From Catajapyx aquilonaris (lineage: Eukaryota): 60,157 bases of DNA. The translations under genes and the position numbers were made by a program. The notes under the pieces were generated by a model. That model ran no database searches. It had not been told where the DNA came from and was given only the letters and a program-made list of their open reading frames with translations. The stretch covers positions 1 through 60,157 of the forward strand of contig KZ538591.1 in NCBI GenBank assembly GCA_000934665.2. The letters are read 5' to 3'. Shown here one piece after another: positions 34,701 through 45,636 of this stretch. The first letter of the stretch is position 1. Each line of letters begins with the position of its first letter.

Positions 34701-37700
34701 AACCTCATTGATCTGAGTAATAATTGAAGTTTTCCGAACTTCATAGCATTGCTTGGTTCAAGTGTGGGTTATAGCCAGTTTAATCTGCTGATATACCAAT
34801 CGTGAGTCATGGCATCTAACAAGGGAACGACCAAGATGGGTTTCAACCAAATCGGAGGTGACTGACCTTGGTCGTTCCCTTGTAGGTCGATATTGAGGAT
34901 ACAGTAGAACTCCAATATTATCCGACTCCTCTGTTCATCCGACCATCCTGTTCCACCCATAAATGCATGTTTTCTCATCAAATACTGTAATGCAGGCCTA
35001 CTAAGCATTTGTTTTGTATTGCCTTAGTTGAATTTTAAACAGCAGAGTGAATACGTAAAAGATAAATACTTCACTATTTCTTAGAAATACGTAATATTGT
35101 ACATTTTTTCATGATTTTATATGCTTTTTGTTGTGTTTTTCGTTGCTCCTCGGATTATCCGACCTTTTATGTTATCCAACAATGCTCTGGTCCCGTGGGT
35201 GACTGATAATCAAGGTTCTATTGTAATTACTTTTGCTTGCTGTAGGAAAATGCCCCCACATTGCAAGGCATGAAAGAAGAGAGGTTTCTTATTAATTTCC
35301 CGATTAGAAACAGTAGTTGTCATGATCAGAAATTGTCAGTAATATACTGTATTACTGCTCATAAAGAGGCATGCCGGTGTAGTCAAGGTGGACCAGTTTT
35401 TAGAAATGCATGATCTGGTGGCTATACTGCCGTCAGATGTAAGAAGACCGTAACTCAAAAACCAGTAAGGGTGAAAGTCGCATGCATGCCCTGCACTAAT
35501 TCTCTCTGAGTCAAGGGGGGATTAGTGCAGGGCATGCATGCGACTTTCACCCTTACTAGTTTCTGAGTTATGGTCTTCTTACATCTGAAGGCAGTATACC
35601 GGCATGCCGGTATAAGGCGAGGTTTTCACATAAGTTACAGTGTTACACTATCCTTTCCGAACTTGACATTTGCCTGGAAACCATAATTCACGTAAAGGCT
35701 ATCGAAAAGGCACATTTTCTGAATAGAGTACCCATACCACATATTGTTTTCAATTGCAGTGTCTGGCAATAATCTCTATTTAAACAGTGTGTTGGAGCAG
35801 GGGGTTCCCCTGTCAAAGCAGGCTGACGATGAGATCGGTCGCACACACTACATTTTTTATATGCACTGTGCAACAGAACTTGCATATTCTCACAGCCTGG
35901 ACACTCACCCATTTTCATTGGAACATTATTTTAGTATGGTACCAGAAGCATTCAAAATTTTTTGGCGAAGATCAAAATGACGGAAATCTACCTTGGTTAT
36001 TGCGGCATGCCGGCCACCTCCGGGTTATACTGGCATGCTGGTCGACCTCATTTTATACCGGCATGCTGCTTTATGAGAGGTAATACCTATAATGAATGGG
36101 GATTCTGTTTAATTCCATAAATGACATAATGAAATTGATTTCCAAAGTCGCACCATTGCTTACTTATGGTGCAAGGAGGTGTTGCGAGATCAGTTTCAGC
36201 TCATATCACAATAATTTGTAGTGAGGTTGTTCCTAATATTACTGGATGAAAAAGTGAAATTCAGTTTTTGACTACTTATATCTCCAACTAAGAAATCTGG
36301 ATTTGAAAATCTTTTAATTCTCACCTTTTTGCAACTTAAAATAAGCACAGCAAGCGTTCTGAGGAGCATTGTAGGAGTTTTAGAAAAATATTATGAAAGT
36401 TTTAGAGTTCCACTACAAGTAGCATTTCATAAAATTAGTTATATTGCAACTTGGTTTGCATGATGTGTCAGCCCAATACAATGGGAATCCAGTAATACTC
36501 CATTAATGTCAATTTATTTGAACTGCACACTGTGACCTCAGAGGTCAAAGGTATCACATATCTAAAAATTGCGAATTTTCTGTCATTGCCATAAAAATGG
36601 CTTTGGCTAGGATTGCCTCTAAACTGTCTTTTTGGACTAAGTGGATTTCTCTTGTAGGACCACGATATGGTTACTAGATATTAGAAATTATTGAAATCAA
36701 AGGATACCAGCCAGGATTGCCCTCCCCCCGCCCCCGATAGCCACGATATTTAGTGGAATTAATAATGGCAGCTCCTAAAGTAAAACCCAGGTTTGTTATA
36801 TCTGTTCCAATGAAAATGTGGATTTCAAATTCTCAATTTTGCAGTTTTTTTCAGTTTTAAAGTTATCACAGGAGAGCTAGGAAAGTTAGATTATTTTAAT
36901 TTAATTTTTCAAGTTGCCAATTTGAAGTAGTTATACATTTCTGTCCAAAATAAATACGTTACGAGAAAAATAGATTATAATAAATACAATTAATAGAAAG
37001 ATTGCCAGTAAAGGAGTGCATTTGGCAGCTGCCAAATTGGCCAGTGTAGAGTTTTAATATGGTATTATTTTCAGCTGTGGTTCACAAGACCAATAAAAAA
37101 GAAGTTGAGCTACTTGTCCAGCAACAGTTTGGCCTTGACATACCAGATGCATCAGATAGAGAATGGTTGGAATCATTCTTGACTGTTGGACAAGAAGTTG
37201 AATTTGAGATCACCAATGTTGATATCAAGTCGAAGTGCCCTTTCATTAGAGGAAGGCTAATCTGGTTGAGTATTAATTAGTAATTACACTAATACATGAT
37301 AAAATGTGAATTATTGACTTAAATGCCGATGTCTTGCTGTCTTACAGCTTTGATAAGGCAGAATCACAGTTGGGAAGTGAAGAGGAGATTCCCTGCGGTC
37401 AAGTGCCAAGGCGAGAATTGGAAAATGGTGGCTATGGTAGTGGCACCACAAGCCCAATTCATGAAGGCAAAAGAAGTGATAGAGCTGAAAGTGTGAAGTC
37501 GGGATGTAAGAGGAAAAGAGTAAATGAAACAGAGAATTTGGAAGCTGAGACTGAAGTAAAGTTGTTTTCAAGAACTCCTTCTGAAGTGGCAAAACTGATA
37601 GCAAACTGTGGTGATCAGCCTAGCACCAAACCCAAACCCATTGCTCAAGGCAAAACAAAAAAGCACCGTACATCACCTGCTGCACAAGGACCTAGTCTTC

Positions 37701-37987
37701 TGGAAGTTATGGAGTCGCTTAAGCCATTATTATCAGGAAAGGCCAAATTGAAATCGCAGGGAACAAAAAAGGGAAAAAAGAAGATTTTGCATAATGGAAA
37801 AGCACACAAGAAGATAAAGAAAGAAAAGAAGAAGGAAAAGAAAAAGGAAAAGAAAAAGGAAAAGAAAAGGGAAAAGAAGAAGGAAAAGAAGAAAAGTGAA
37901 TCTAGGAAGAAAAAAAAGGGGAAAGGTATGACATTGTCACAATGTCAGCAAAAGGTAATTGATGAAGCATTGAAAAATACCAAATAG
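31064..37987 (+). CDS. Divergent RPA43/Rpb7-like OB-fold protein with lysine-rich C terminus (~325 aa; exons 31064-31074 tentative, 32124-32260, 37075-37264, 37348-37987)
   Basis: Phase-consistent chain; PTVGNKWNAVVHKTNKKEVELLVQQQFGLDIP...LTVGQEVEFEITNVDIKSKCPFIRGRLI resembles, from memory, the RPA43 OB region (PxxGQKLxGxVNKV...GDELEFEVxxLD....IRGKL); KKEKKKE repeats at the C terminus. Confidence 0.55.
31688..31940 (-). mobile_element. 5'-truncated SINE (family A)
   Basis: (TTA)n tail; body matches 42420-42520; 15-bp TSD ACATCAGTGTCATTA at 31673-31687 and 31941-31955. Confidence 0.85.
32124..32260 (+). CDS. RPA43-like gene, internal exon
   Basis: tttcag| VVSGDLVRDVENLKMKGYASVDRLAKGVDLGNFNFPVPTVGNKWN |gtaagt; the phase-1 end fits the acceptor at 37075. 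Confidence 0.65.
33874..34017. mobile_element. Small hAT MITE spanning an N gap
   Basis: CAGTGGTTTCCA...TGGAAACCACTG; near-identical 8-bp flanks GTTGAAGT / GTTTAAGT. Confidence 0.7.
34421..34569. repeat. Near-perfect ~150-bp hairpin (MITE-like)
   Basis: Arms meet at ...CACCATGTAA C TTACATGGTG... with a 1-nt centre. Confidence 0.8.
34902..35223. mobile_element. pogo-like MITE, diverged
   Basis: TA-CAGTAGAACTCCAATATTATC...GATAATCAAGGTTCTATTG-TA with ATTATCCGAC subterminal motifs. Confidence 0.55.
35423..35598. repeat. ~175-bp hairpin (MITE-like)
   Basis: TATACTGCCGTCAGATGTAAGAAGACC...GGTCTTCTTACATCTGAAGGCAGTATA. Confidence 0.8.
37075..37264 (+). CDS. RPA43-like gene, OB/S1-fold exon
   Basis: tttcag| AVVHKTNKKEVELLVQQQFGLDIPDASDREWLESFLTVGQEVEFEITNVDIKSKCPFIRGRLI |gttgag. 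Confidence 0.7.
37348..37987 (+). CDS. RPA43-like gene, terminal exon (low complexity, lysine rich)
   Basis: ttacag| followed by a 640-nt frame open to TAG; (KKEK)n repeats typical of nucleolar proteins. Confidence 0.75.
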
Positions 37988-38321
37988 CCACAGTGAGACA
38001 GAAGTAAATGACACACAGGTGTGTAATGTATATTAAGATTTTTAAATGTTTCAATTTTTAAAGGCCACTTCACAAACTTGATGCAGCATGTGCATGAATA
38101 AAACAGAACTAAAGGGATTCTTGGGAACCCCTTGGGGGTTGCCATCGTTTTGTCTACACTAGTGATTGTCAATATTACGTCTGTAGTCCCCTTCCTGGTC
38201 CTCGGGGGCCCTTCAGGTGGGCCACAAATGAGGGATGTGGTGGAAAAGAGTGATAGCCCACAGAGGTGTCATTTTTCAGGAGAGCGAATATAAGTTTGCA
38301 CTCTCTTCACAAATCATAGGG

Positions 38322-38984
38322 CAGGGGTGGGCAAACTGCGGCCCGCAAAGACAAATTGTGTGGCCCGCGCAAAAATTTCAGTATTCCTGAAAATGTTGAT
38401 TTAAAAGAAAAAAGAAAAGAATAATTACCCCGTGATAGGGCGGAGCCCTTTCAAGGGGGGAAGGGGCGGTTCCCAAGGGAGGGCGTTGTAATTATAGTCA
38501 TTTCTGACTTCCTGAAATACACCAGACCTTTTCTCCTGGCCCTGGGCAGAGTAGGGAGTGCAATTCTGCCCGGGCATGTTGGGTGAAAAGCGGAGCCAAG
38601 CAGAGGTGACGGGGACGGGATTTGAACCCCGGCCTCCCGCTTGGCTGGCCAGTGGCGTAACCACCAGACCACCATGCCTCCCTTATGTTGAAAAATTAAA
38701 ATTGCAAAATTTTATGCCTGTGCCTTTCTTTTTAATTCTTTGTAATTCACAAAAAAAAAAATCAACAAAATCAAAATTTATACAGGCCATTTTTATCGAT
38801 AATTATATTTAGCTAATTTTATCCATTTTCAGAGAATTTCATGATAATTTATGCAATTAATGGAAGTTCGTTTAAAACAATGGATGTAAACTTTTTTAAG
38901 TTGAAATTTCTTTTGTTAGATGCGGCCGTCAATTTTTTTCAAATGTCTATGCGGCCCAAGGAGAAAAAAGTTCGCCCACCCCTG
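38322..38984. mobile_element. hAT (Charlie-like) MITE containing a SINE
   Basis: CAGGGGTGGGCAAACT...AGTTCGCCCACCCCTG; GCGGCCC subterminal motifs; exact 8-bp TSD TCATAGGG at 38314-38321 and 38985-38992. Confidence 0.9.
38425..38682 (-). mobile_element. Full-length tRNA SINE (family B)
   Basis: Minus strand GGGAGGCATGGTGGTCTGGTGG (A box)...GGTTCAAATCC (B box); tail ...CTATCACGGGGTAA. Confidence 0.85.
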
Positions 38985-41981
38985 TCATAGGGAATGCTGG
39001 TTTTGATCTAGTCTGTGTTGCCATATCGTGAATGATAAGTGCACCCTGGACAATACAGTTTAAGACTTGCAACCCTATGCAATATCCGTCTGTCGCTGGA
39101 AATTGAATTTCTACCTCGAGATACTAGATGGCAGTGCACAGTTTCTTGGCCGAATGCCAAAAAGCCCTACCGCCCTCTCCTTCCTCCACGGGTTCTAGGC
39201 AGTGACCCAACCAGCTACTCACACCTTCTTGAGGAAACCCCGTTTCTCTGTACAAGAGCAAAGAGGGCCTCGTGTGCAATATCGAGTGAAACCTTCCGGA
39301 AAAGTAATAACTTTTGACTTGAGAAATATCTACAAGGTGTACATGTGAGAATATGAGAGTTAAACCGCATATTTTGTTGCATGGATAACACAGTCATGAA
39401 ATAAGGTAGCATGGGGATGTTAAGAACACAATTTTTATTTTACACTATAAATGGGTATTCATATTGCAATGCAGTGTAACAAGAGTGACATCCTTGACAT
39501 GCAGTACCGGATATTTGGGCAGGGGGCGACGTTCGTCCGTCCGTTTCCCCTCCCCCCCCCCCCCCCNCCCCCCCCCCCGCACCTTCCCACAGGAGGTTGT
39601 AAGGTGCGAAATCTGCCCATTAGGGACAACAATTGTGGGGTGCACAAGGTCGAAAGTCCACAAATAAAAACTGGCTGGAGGCTGGCTTATCTTCCCGCAC
39701 CAGAGGGAAATCAGGTGTTGCTTCCATTAGGAATATGGGCTTCTGGTCAAGGGTCACTGTAGAGGGCAAGAAATAAGCCTGCGAAGTCACTGGGGGCAAG
39801 GCACTTTGGGGGCCAACAATTTGGAAATTTCAATGCATTTTCCAGAGTCGTGCTATATGACAACGATATACTGTACACTGTACTCCCAAATATCCAGGCT
39901 AATGACAGCACGGGTGTTGCCGGATGATCAGAAAAAATGGATAACCGAAAAATTGTCCTACACATTGTAAAAAAATAGCTATTCACAGGTTTTAATGTAG
40001 GCTACTACTGTATAAAGAGTATGATGCTTGGTTGCATCAAAATAATAATATACTTACCATAAATTTTTACGTTGTCTTTTAGAAAAGGTCTTATACATTT
40101 TGTCTTTGTTGGCGAGACATTGACAGAGTGGGTGGAATTTTCGTCCCTCTGCTAGTTACTGCTAACTTATCAGTAGCCTACCATTTTTGGCACTGGTACT
40201 GCTAAGTTAGCAGTATCTAGCAGTGGGGCAAAAATTCAACGCCATTTTTCAGTATTTGATTTTTTTTAAAAAAAATTTGGCAATGCATGAATAATCCGCA
40301 ACACAGACAATCGGGAGTACAGTGTATTGACAACCCTATGTACCCCGTGAGGACTCACCATCTGGGATCAAGTCAGGAGCTTAAGAATTTCAGAAGGTAC
40401 TGTAGCAAAAGAGTTTAGGTTTTCNCCCCCCCCCAGGAGAGAGAGATGGAGAAAACGGGAAAGAGGGAGTAGCTAGTTATAATGGGGTCAGAACAACGGC
40501 TCTTGCGCGCCTAGAAGCTACAGCACTGCTTCCTAGTGCTTCGCAGTAGAATTAGCATTTCCCATAAGGGTTGCATGTCTTAAACTGTAATGTTGAGGCT
40601 CTAGGACATGAACTTGGAGTATACCAAATTGTTTGTCATGTCTTTTACGCAGTTGTTAGGTGTTGAGGTCAAAAATGAGGGTTATCACCTTTTCCCACCA
40701 CACCCCTCAAATCAATTGAATATTCAAATGAATTATAGGAGTTTTGGTGGCCAATCACAAAGTGGGCTGCAGCAACTTTTGTCCCCACTTGAGCAGGCTG
40801 CACACAAAAAATAGGGAGAAACACTGCTCTACACACGTTTTCTACCGACAATAAAGCCACAATCCCAAATGCTTCGGCACTACCACTACTCATTTTTTCC
40901 ATATCATTTGAGAACTGGCAGCATACAGAAATTATACTAACTTCTGTGCACATGCTGTAAAGAGTTTGTGTAGTAGTCTTAAGTAACAGGTGGAGCATTA
41001 GTGTACTTTTGCAGGGATAGAAAAGAAGCTTCATAAGTGATTATTGTTACTGGTATCATCATTAGAGGAAGTATTATTGTTTTATATAATTAGGTCCTTT
41101 TATGCTCGGGGGCACATGACATTCACAGAAACCTGAATTTTCTCTGAATGGGGTCAGATGTGCATATACAATGGTTGGCACTGCAGTCATGGATTGTATA
41201 ATTATTTTAATGCTGACAACTGAGCCTTGTTACAATTATGACCTATATGATATTGTGTAGTGCTCTCTGATATGATATTACAAGAGCCAGAAGCATAAGA
41301 GGAATGATACAACTCCCCCTCTTCCTCTCCCTCTCTCCCTCACCCAAAAAACCTGAATACCTACTGCTTCCCGCTTATCTGACCCACCATGCTTGGATAA
41401 TGTCATCTGTTATTATTTTTTTAAATAACTTTGTAATATGAGTATGTGGATCATCTTCCTCTCACACAAAATTGAATTTATCCATAGCATAGATACGAAA
41501 TGACACTTCCCATGGCTAAAGACGCAAGCATTCTGATGGGAAAAAAGTGCTCTGAATTCTGTTTTAACCCTACATCAGCAAAAATCTGAATAAGGCTTAT
41601 ATCCACCTGCCCCTGTTGCCTCACCATCAAGTGTGATAAAGAGTTAGACTTTTGGTAAGCCTATGGAATGAACTTCTCCAATGATATGCATGATTCATGC
41701 CAAACATGGAGGTGAGAGGGCCAAGCATTTTTGAAGTTAGAACCAATGCACATTTGAGCTCAAATATGAAACAGAATAATGCATTTCAGCGTAAATATCA
41801 TGTGGAATTTCTCATACATCCTATGGAGTGTGTATGTTGACATTACAATGGACATTTATGCAGTGTTACAAGAAGATACAATCATGAAGGGGAAACTTGA
41901 CAGTCCCTTTGTCCCTTTGTATAGTTGGTTCTTGCATAACTTATATTCACACTTCATTAGTAATCCTAGTGTGGCATTGTA

Positions 41982-42122
41982 CAGTGTTGGACATTAATTA
42001 CGTCATACTGCTAGCTACATTTTCCGAAGCGGCACAGCTTGTACTGTCCATTGCTTCGATTCGTTCTTCTGCCTCTTTGGAAAATGTCGCTAGCAGTATG
42101 ACTCTATTAATGTCCAACACTG
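41982..42122. mobile_element. Short TA-flanked MITE (related to 52874-53036)
   Basis: TA-CAGTGTTGGACATTAAT...ATTAATGTCCAACACTG-TA. Confidence 0.8.
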
Positions 42123-42328
42123 TATACAGTTTAATCAAGTTACAATATAATCATTGCTAACTTGTAAGTACTGTACAGGTTTCCTGTGACAAGTCCTTTG
42201 TATGTACAGCCAAGGTACAGCAGAGGAGGGAATAGTGAGTAATTGATTGATAAATTTGTAATAAATGGAATAAACGATATTGATATCTGGCATTTTCAGA
42301 GCTTTCATTGAGGCATGTGATTGTTGAA

Positions 42329-42641
42329 TAATAATAATAATAATCCGGGGTAGTGCTGACCTCATCAGAGGTATGTAGCACGGACCTTTATTTATTTTTG
42401 TCGTGTACATCGGAGCCTTTATACGTAACGCCCGGGCCCACAGGCAGGATGACAGGAGGGGATGTGCAAGGTGCAGTGCAATGTCTTTATGTGGCCATTT
42501 TTAGTGAACTCCCCCGGGTGGCCAGAGGTGACCCTTGAACTCTGCACGAGATGAAGGGGGTGTCCCCGGGTTGGGATCGAACCCGGGACCTTAACATCCG
42601 TGGGCGCGTACGTTACCGCAGCACCACTTCGCCTCCCCTGC
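42329..42641 (-). mobile_element. Full-length tRNA SINE (family A)
   Basis: Minus-strand B box GGGTTCGATCCC; (TTA)n tail; TSD GATTGTTGAA at 42319-42328 and 42642-42651. Confidence 0.85.
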
Positions 42642-43392
42642 GATTGTTGAAGGAATCAAGGTAGGAGTCATTGGGAGCAGATACAGGACTAAGGTGAGAA
42701 CTAGACAGACTGTAACCCTTCTTGATCAAAGAGTGAAGTTCCCATGCTAAATCTCCATATACAGTAGATCAGACCGGATGGGGACATCAAAAACTAGACA
42801 GAATATGAATGTACAGCAGGTGTAGGTAATTTTAGTGAAAAAAATCATTTTCCTAGCTCAATGAGAACTTTGAAAATTTTGGCCAAGCATTAGCATAATG
42901 TCAGAGGTTTCGGATTGTAAGAAAACCGGTTAGTGGGAGCAGTAATGTGACTATTACACGCTATTGCATATTGTAAACATGCGAATGGTCTACAAAACGG
43001 TGTGTAGTACATATCACTGAACACATGGGATCACTTGGAAAGCTGAAATTGAAAAATTGTTTAATCTTGAAAACATGACACTTGACCCCTTTATTTCCCA
43101 ATGGGGAGTGGCGGATTCAGTTCCACTGAAGATTATTACATAGAAAAGTATTTACAGTGTTATATTGAAATTGGAACACTCATGTGGCAGTGTGACTTTC
43201 CAGTTGAACAGCTGGCCACTGACTGGTGTCTTGAATGGCATTGTTATGACATGTTGGAAGAATGATTTGATGGACCAGCACTACAATCCAAAATGTCCTA
43301 CAAAAGTAAAAGAGTGCACTTTGAAGATATCTGGAGTTTTGACTGTGCATTTGTCTAAACCTGGTACTAATTAATTAATTAATAATAATAAT

Positions 43393-44047
43393 TAGAGAAC
43401 GGATTTCTAGGTTTTTACCTACTTTTTATTTTGTAGGCAGAACACCGGAACCAAAATATCTATCCATTTCATAACACAAGGACCTCAAAAATCGCAGTTT
43501 TATAGAACCTAAAAATGCCTATTTCGGGTTTTGGGACCTAAATGGCCTATTAGCACCTATTAGTGCCTATTTCGACCTTTTTTATGCCATTCGGTAAGAT
43601 TTTCGAGAGTTCTGCAGGTTTTCCGTTCAAGGAATCCCTCCCACTTCAACCTGTGACAAGCGAAGAAGCGGTTGATCGGCAAGATCCCGGGTAATATGCC
43701 GTTAACAGCTATTGCGAGTCGAAATAACTGTTTTTAATAGCAGTTAAATAAGCTGCTACATTCGGCCCGACGGATTTTCTATCGGCCATATCGGCTTCCC
43801 GTGAGGGAGCATCTTAACTGTCGCCGAAAATCTGCGATTAACCAACGAAAATATGGAATAACTGCTAGTTCGTTACTGCTCTGCAAAATTCAATGGCCAG
43901 GAGTAGGCTGTAAATATGTGTAGAAATTAAAATAAATTTGAACCAGCTTGATTTATAGTGCCTATTTAAGAGCCTATTTTGACTGTTTTCAGGGCCTAAA
44001 TGCCTACCTATTTGAGGGTTTTTGAGAACCTAGAAATCCGTTCTCTA
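43393..44047. mobile_element. hAT-like non-autonomous element
   Basis: TAGAGAACGGATTTCTAGGTT...AACCTAGAAATCCGTTCTCTA; 8-bp TSD ATAATAAT; repeated GCCTATTT subterminal motifs. Confidence 0.8.
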
Positions 44048-45005
44048 ATAATAATATATAAATGATTTGTCTAATCTTGCTGAATAAAATGATGGATCAC
44101 TTGACTCATTTTGAGTCATCAACCTGAGACCATATATACGGTCCCACTATACCCTTTGAATTCAGTCAATTACTGAAATGAAGCATTTTTCGTTTATGGA
44201 AAGAAAAGGTCTCCTGTAAATTGTCAAGTTCTGTACTGAGGGTGGTATTTTTTCTCCCAATACAGTACAGTGGTGCCTCGTACTTCGAACTTAATTAGTT
44301 CCGGGAGGTCGTTTGAAGTCCGAATCAGTTTTTCCCATAAATAATGGAAAGTGAATTAATCCATTCCCAGACCCTACTCTATACTCATTTCGATGAACTT
44401 CAACAGAAAACACATTATTTAAGGTAAACCTGCCGCGATTAAATGCCTTAGACTCTTAGAGCCTAGATACAGCAACAACAACAACAACATCACGACATTT
44501 CCCTATGAGGGGTAGTCAGCGATGAAGGGAGACGCAAGCTAACCCAACATATGAACTAATAAAACCAATAAAACTCATGAGAATAAACCTAAAAACAACC
44601 CGTCCCACCCCCCACCCCTGCCCACCTCAGACATCACCTTATCCTCAGACATATTTACCTATTTACCCATTAAGAGCCTAGATAATAAATTAAAACATGA
44701 AAGCAATAACTATAAAATACGTAAATACTGTGCAATAACATGAAAATGGCAATTACTGTATAAGTGAGGAGTGGGGATGACCTGTGTGACTGGTGGGGTG
44801 GAGGGTGGAGAGGAATTGAAGGAAGATTAGGCCTTGTTAGGGAAAAGTCACCTTCCATTATACAGTATAGGCCTACTGTATAGCCAAACCCATCAACAAT
44901 AAAGCGATAAAATTACTGAAAACCACTGTCTAAAGGCCTGTTTCCACCAGCACAATTTTTGTTCTGGACAAAATTTACGCCAGAACAATTTTGTTTCCTT
45001 GATGA

Positions 45006-45086
<81 letters not shown>
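45006..45086. repeat. (ATT)n microsatellite
   Basis: Visible directly. Confidence 0.95.
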
Positions 45087-45088
<2 letters not shown>

Positions 45089-45089
45089 T

Positions 45090-45474
45090 AAACAGATGGC
45101 GTATACGCAGCGATCACATTTTTTCACTGCAAGTGCAGTTCGAACTGAGAAGCATCGTTCGAACTCCGGATCAAATTCCCATCGTCAGTCGTGGCTTCCA
45201 TCATTCTACAACTTGAAACACCCGCTTAATAACAATTTCATAAAAGTTTCTTTTAGCTGCTTTTCAACGCTATCCGGAAGAGAACCGCTGCGCTTAATTT
45301 AGCTCGTGACACGCTTCCTTTCTGGTGATGTCACAACCGCCCTAACCGGCCTTCCTCATCCTCAGCCCTTGTCCTCTGCCGGCAGCGTGGGCCTTCTTCC
45401 ACGTGAAACCCGTCCATAGAGTTTCGTCATTTTCATGGGACTAAACTAACCACTGTGCAGTGAGGAAGGTGAAG
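45090..45474 (+). promoter_or_regulatory. CpG-rich promoter and probable non-coding first exon of LARS1
   Basis: Local CpG enrichment; strong donor GAAG|GTGAGT at 45474/45475 and acceptor TTTCAG at 45626, 10 nt before the ATG. Confidence 0.5.
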
Positions 45475-45636
45475 GTGAGTATTGGGCTTGGTCCTTGCAC
45501 TTTTTGAGGATTGATTGTTCTTGAGTTGGGCAGATAGGGCTACCAGTACAAGGCCCAATATTTTGCAGTGAACTGGAGCTAACACAGTGAAAGTGAAGGC
45601 AGGTACTGATGGGTTATTATTTTCAGGGCAGACAGA

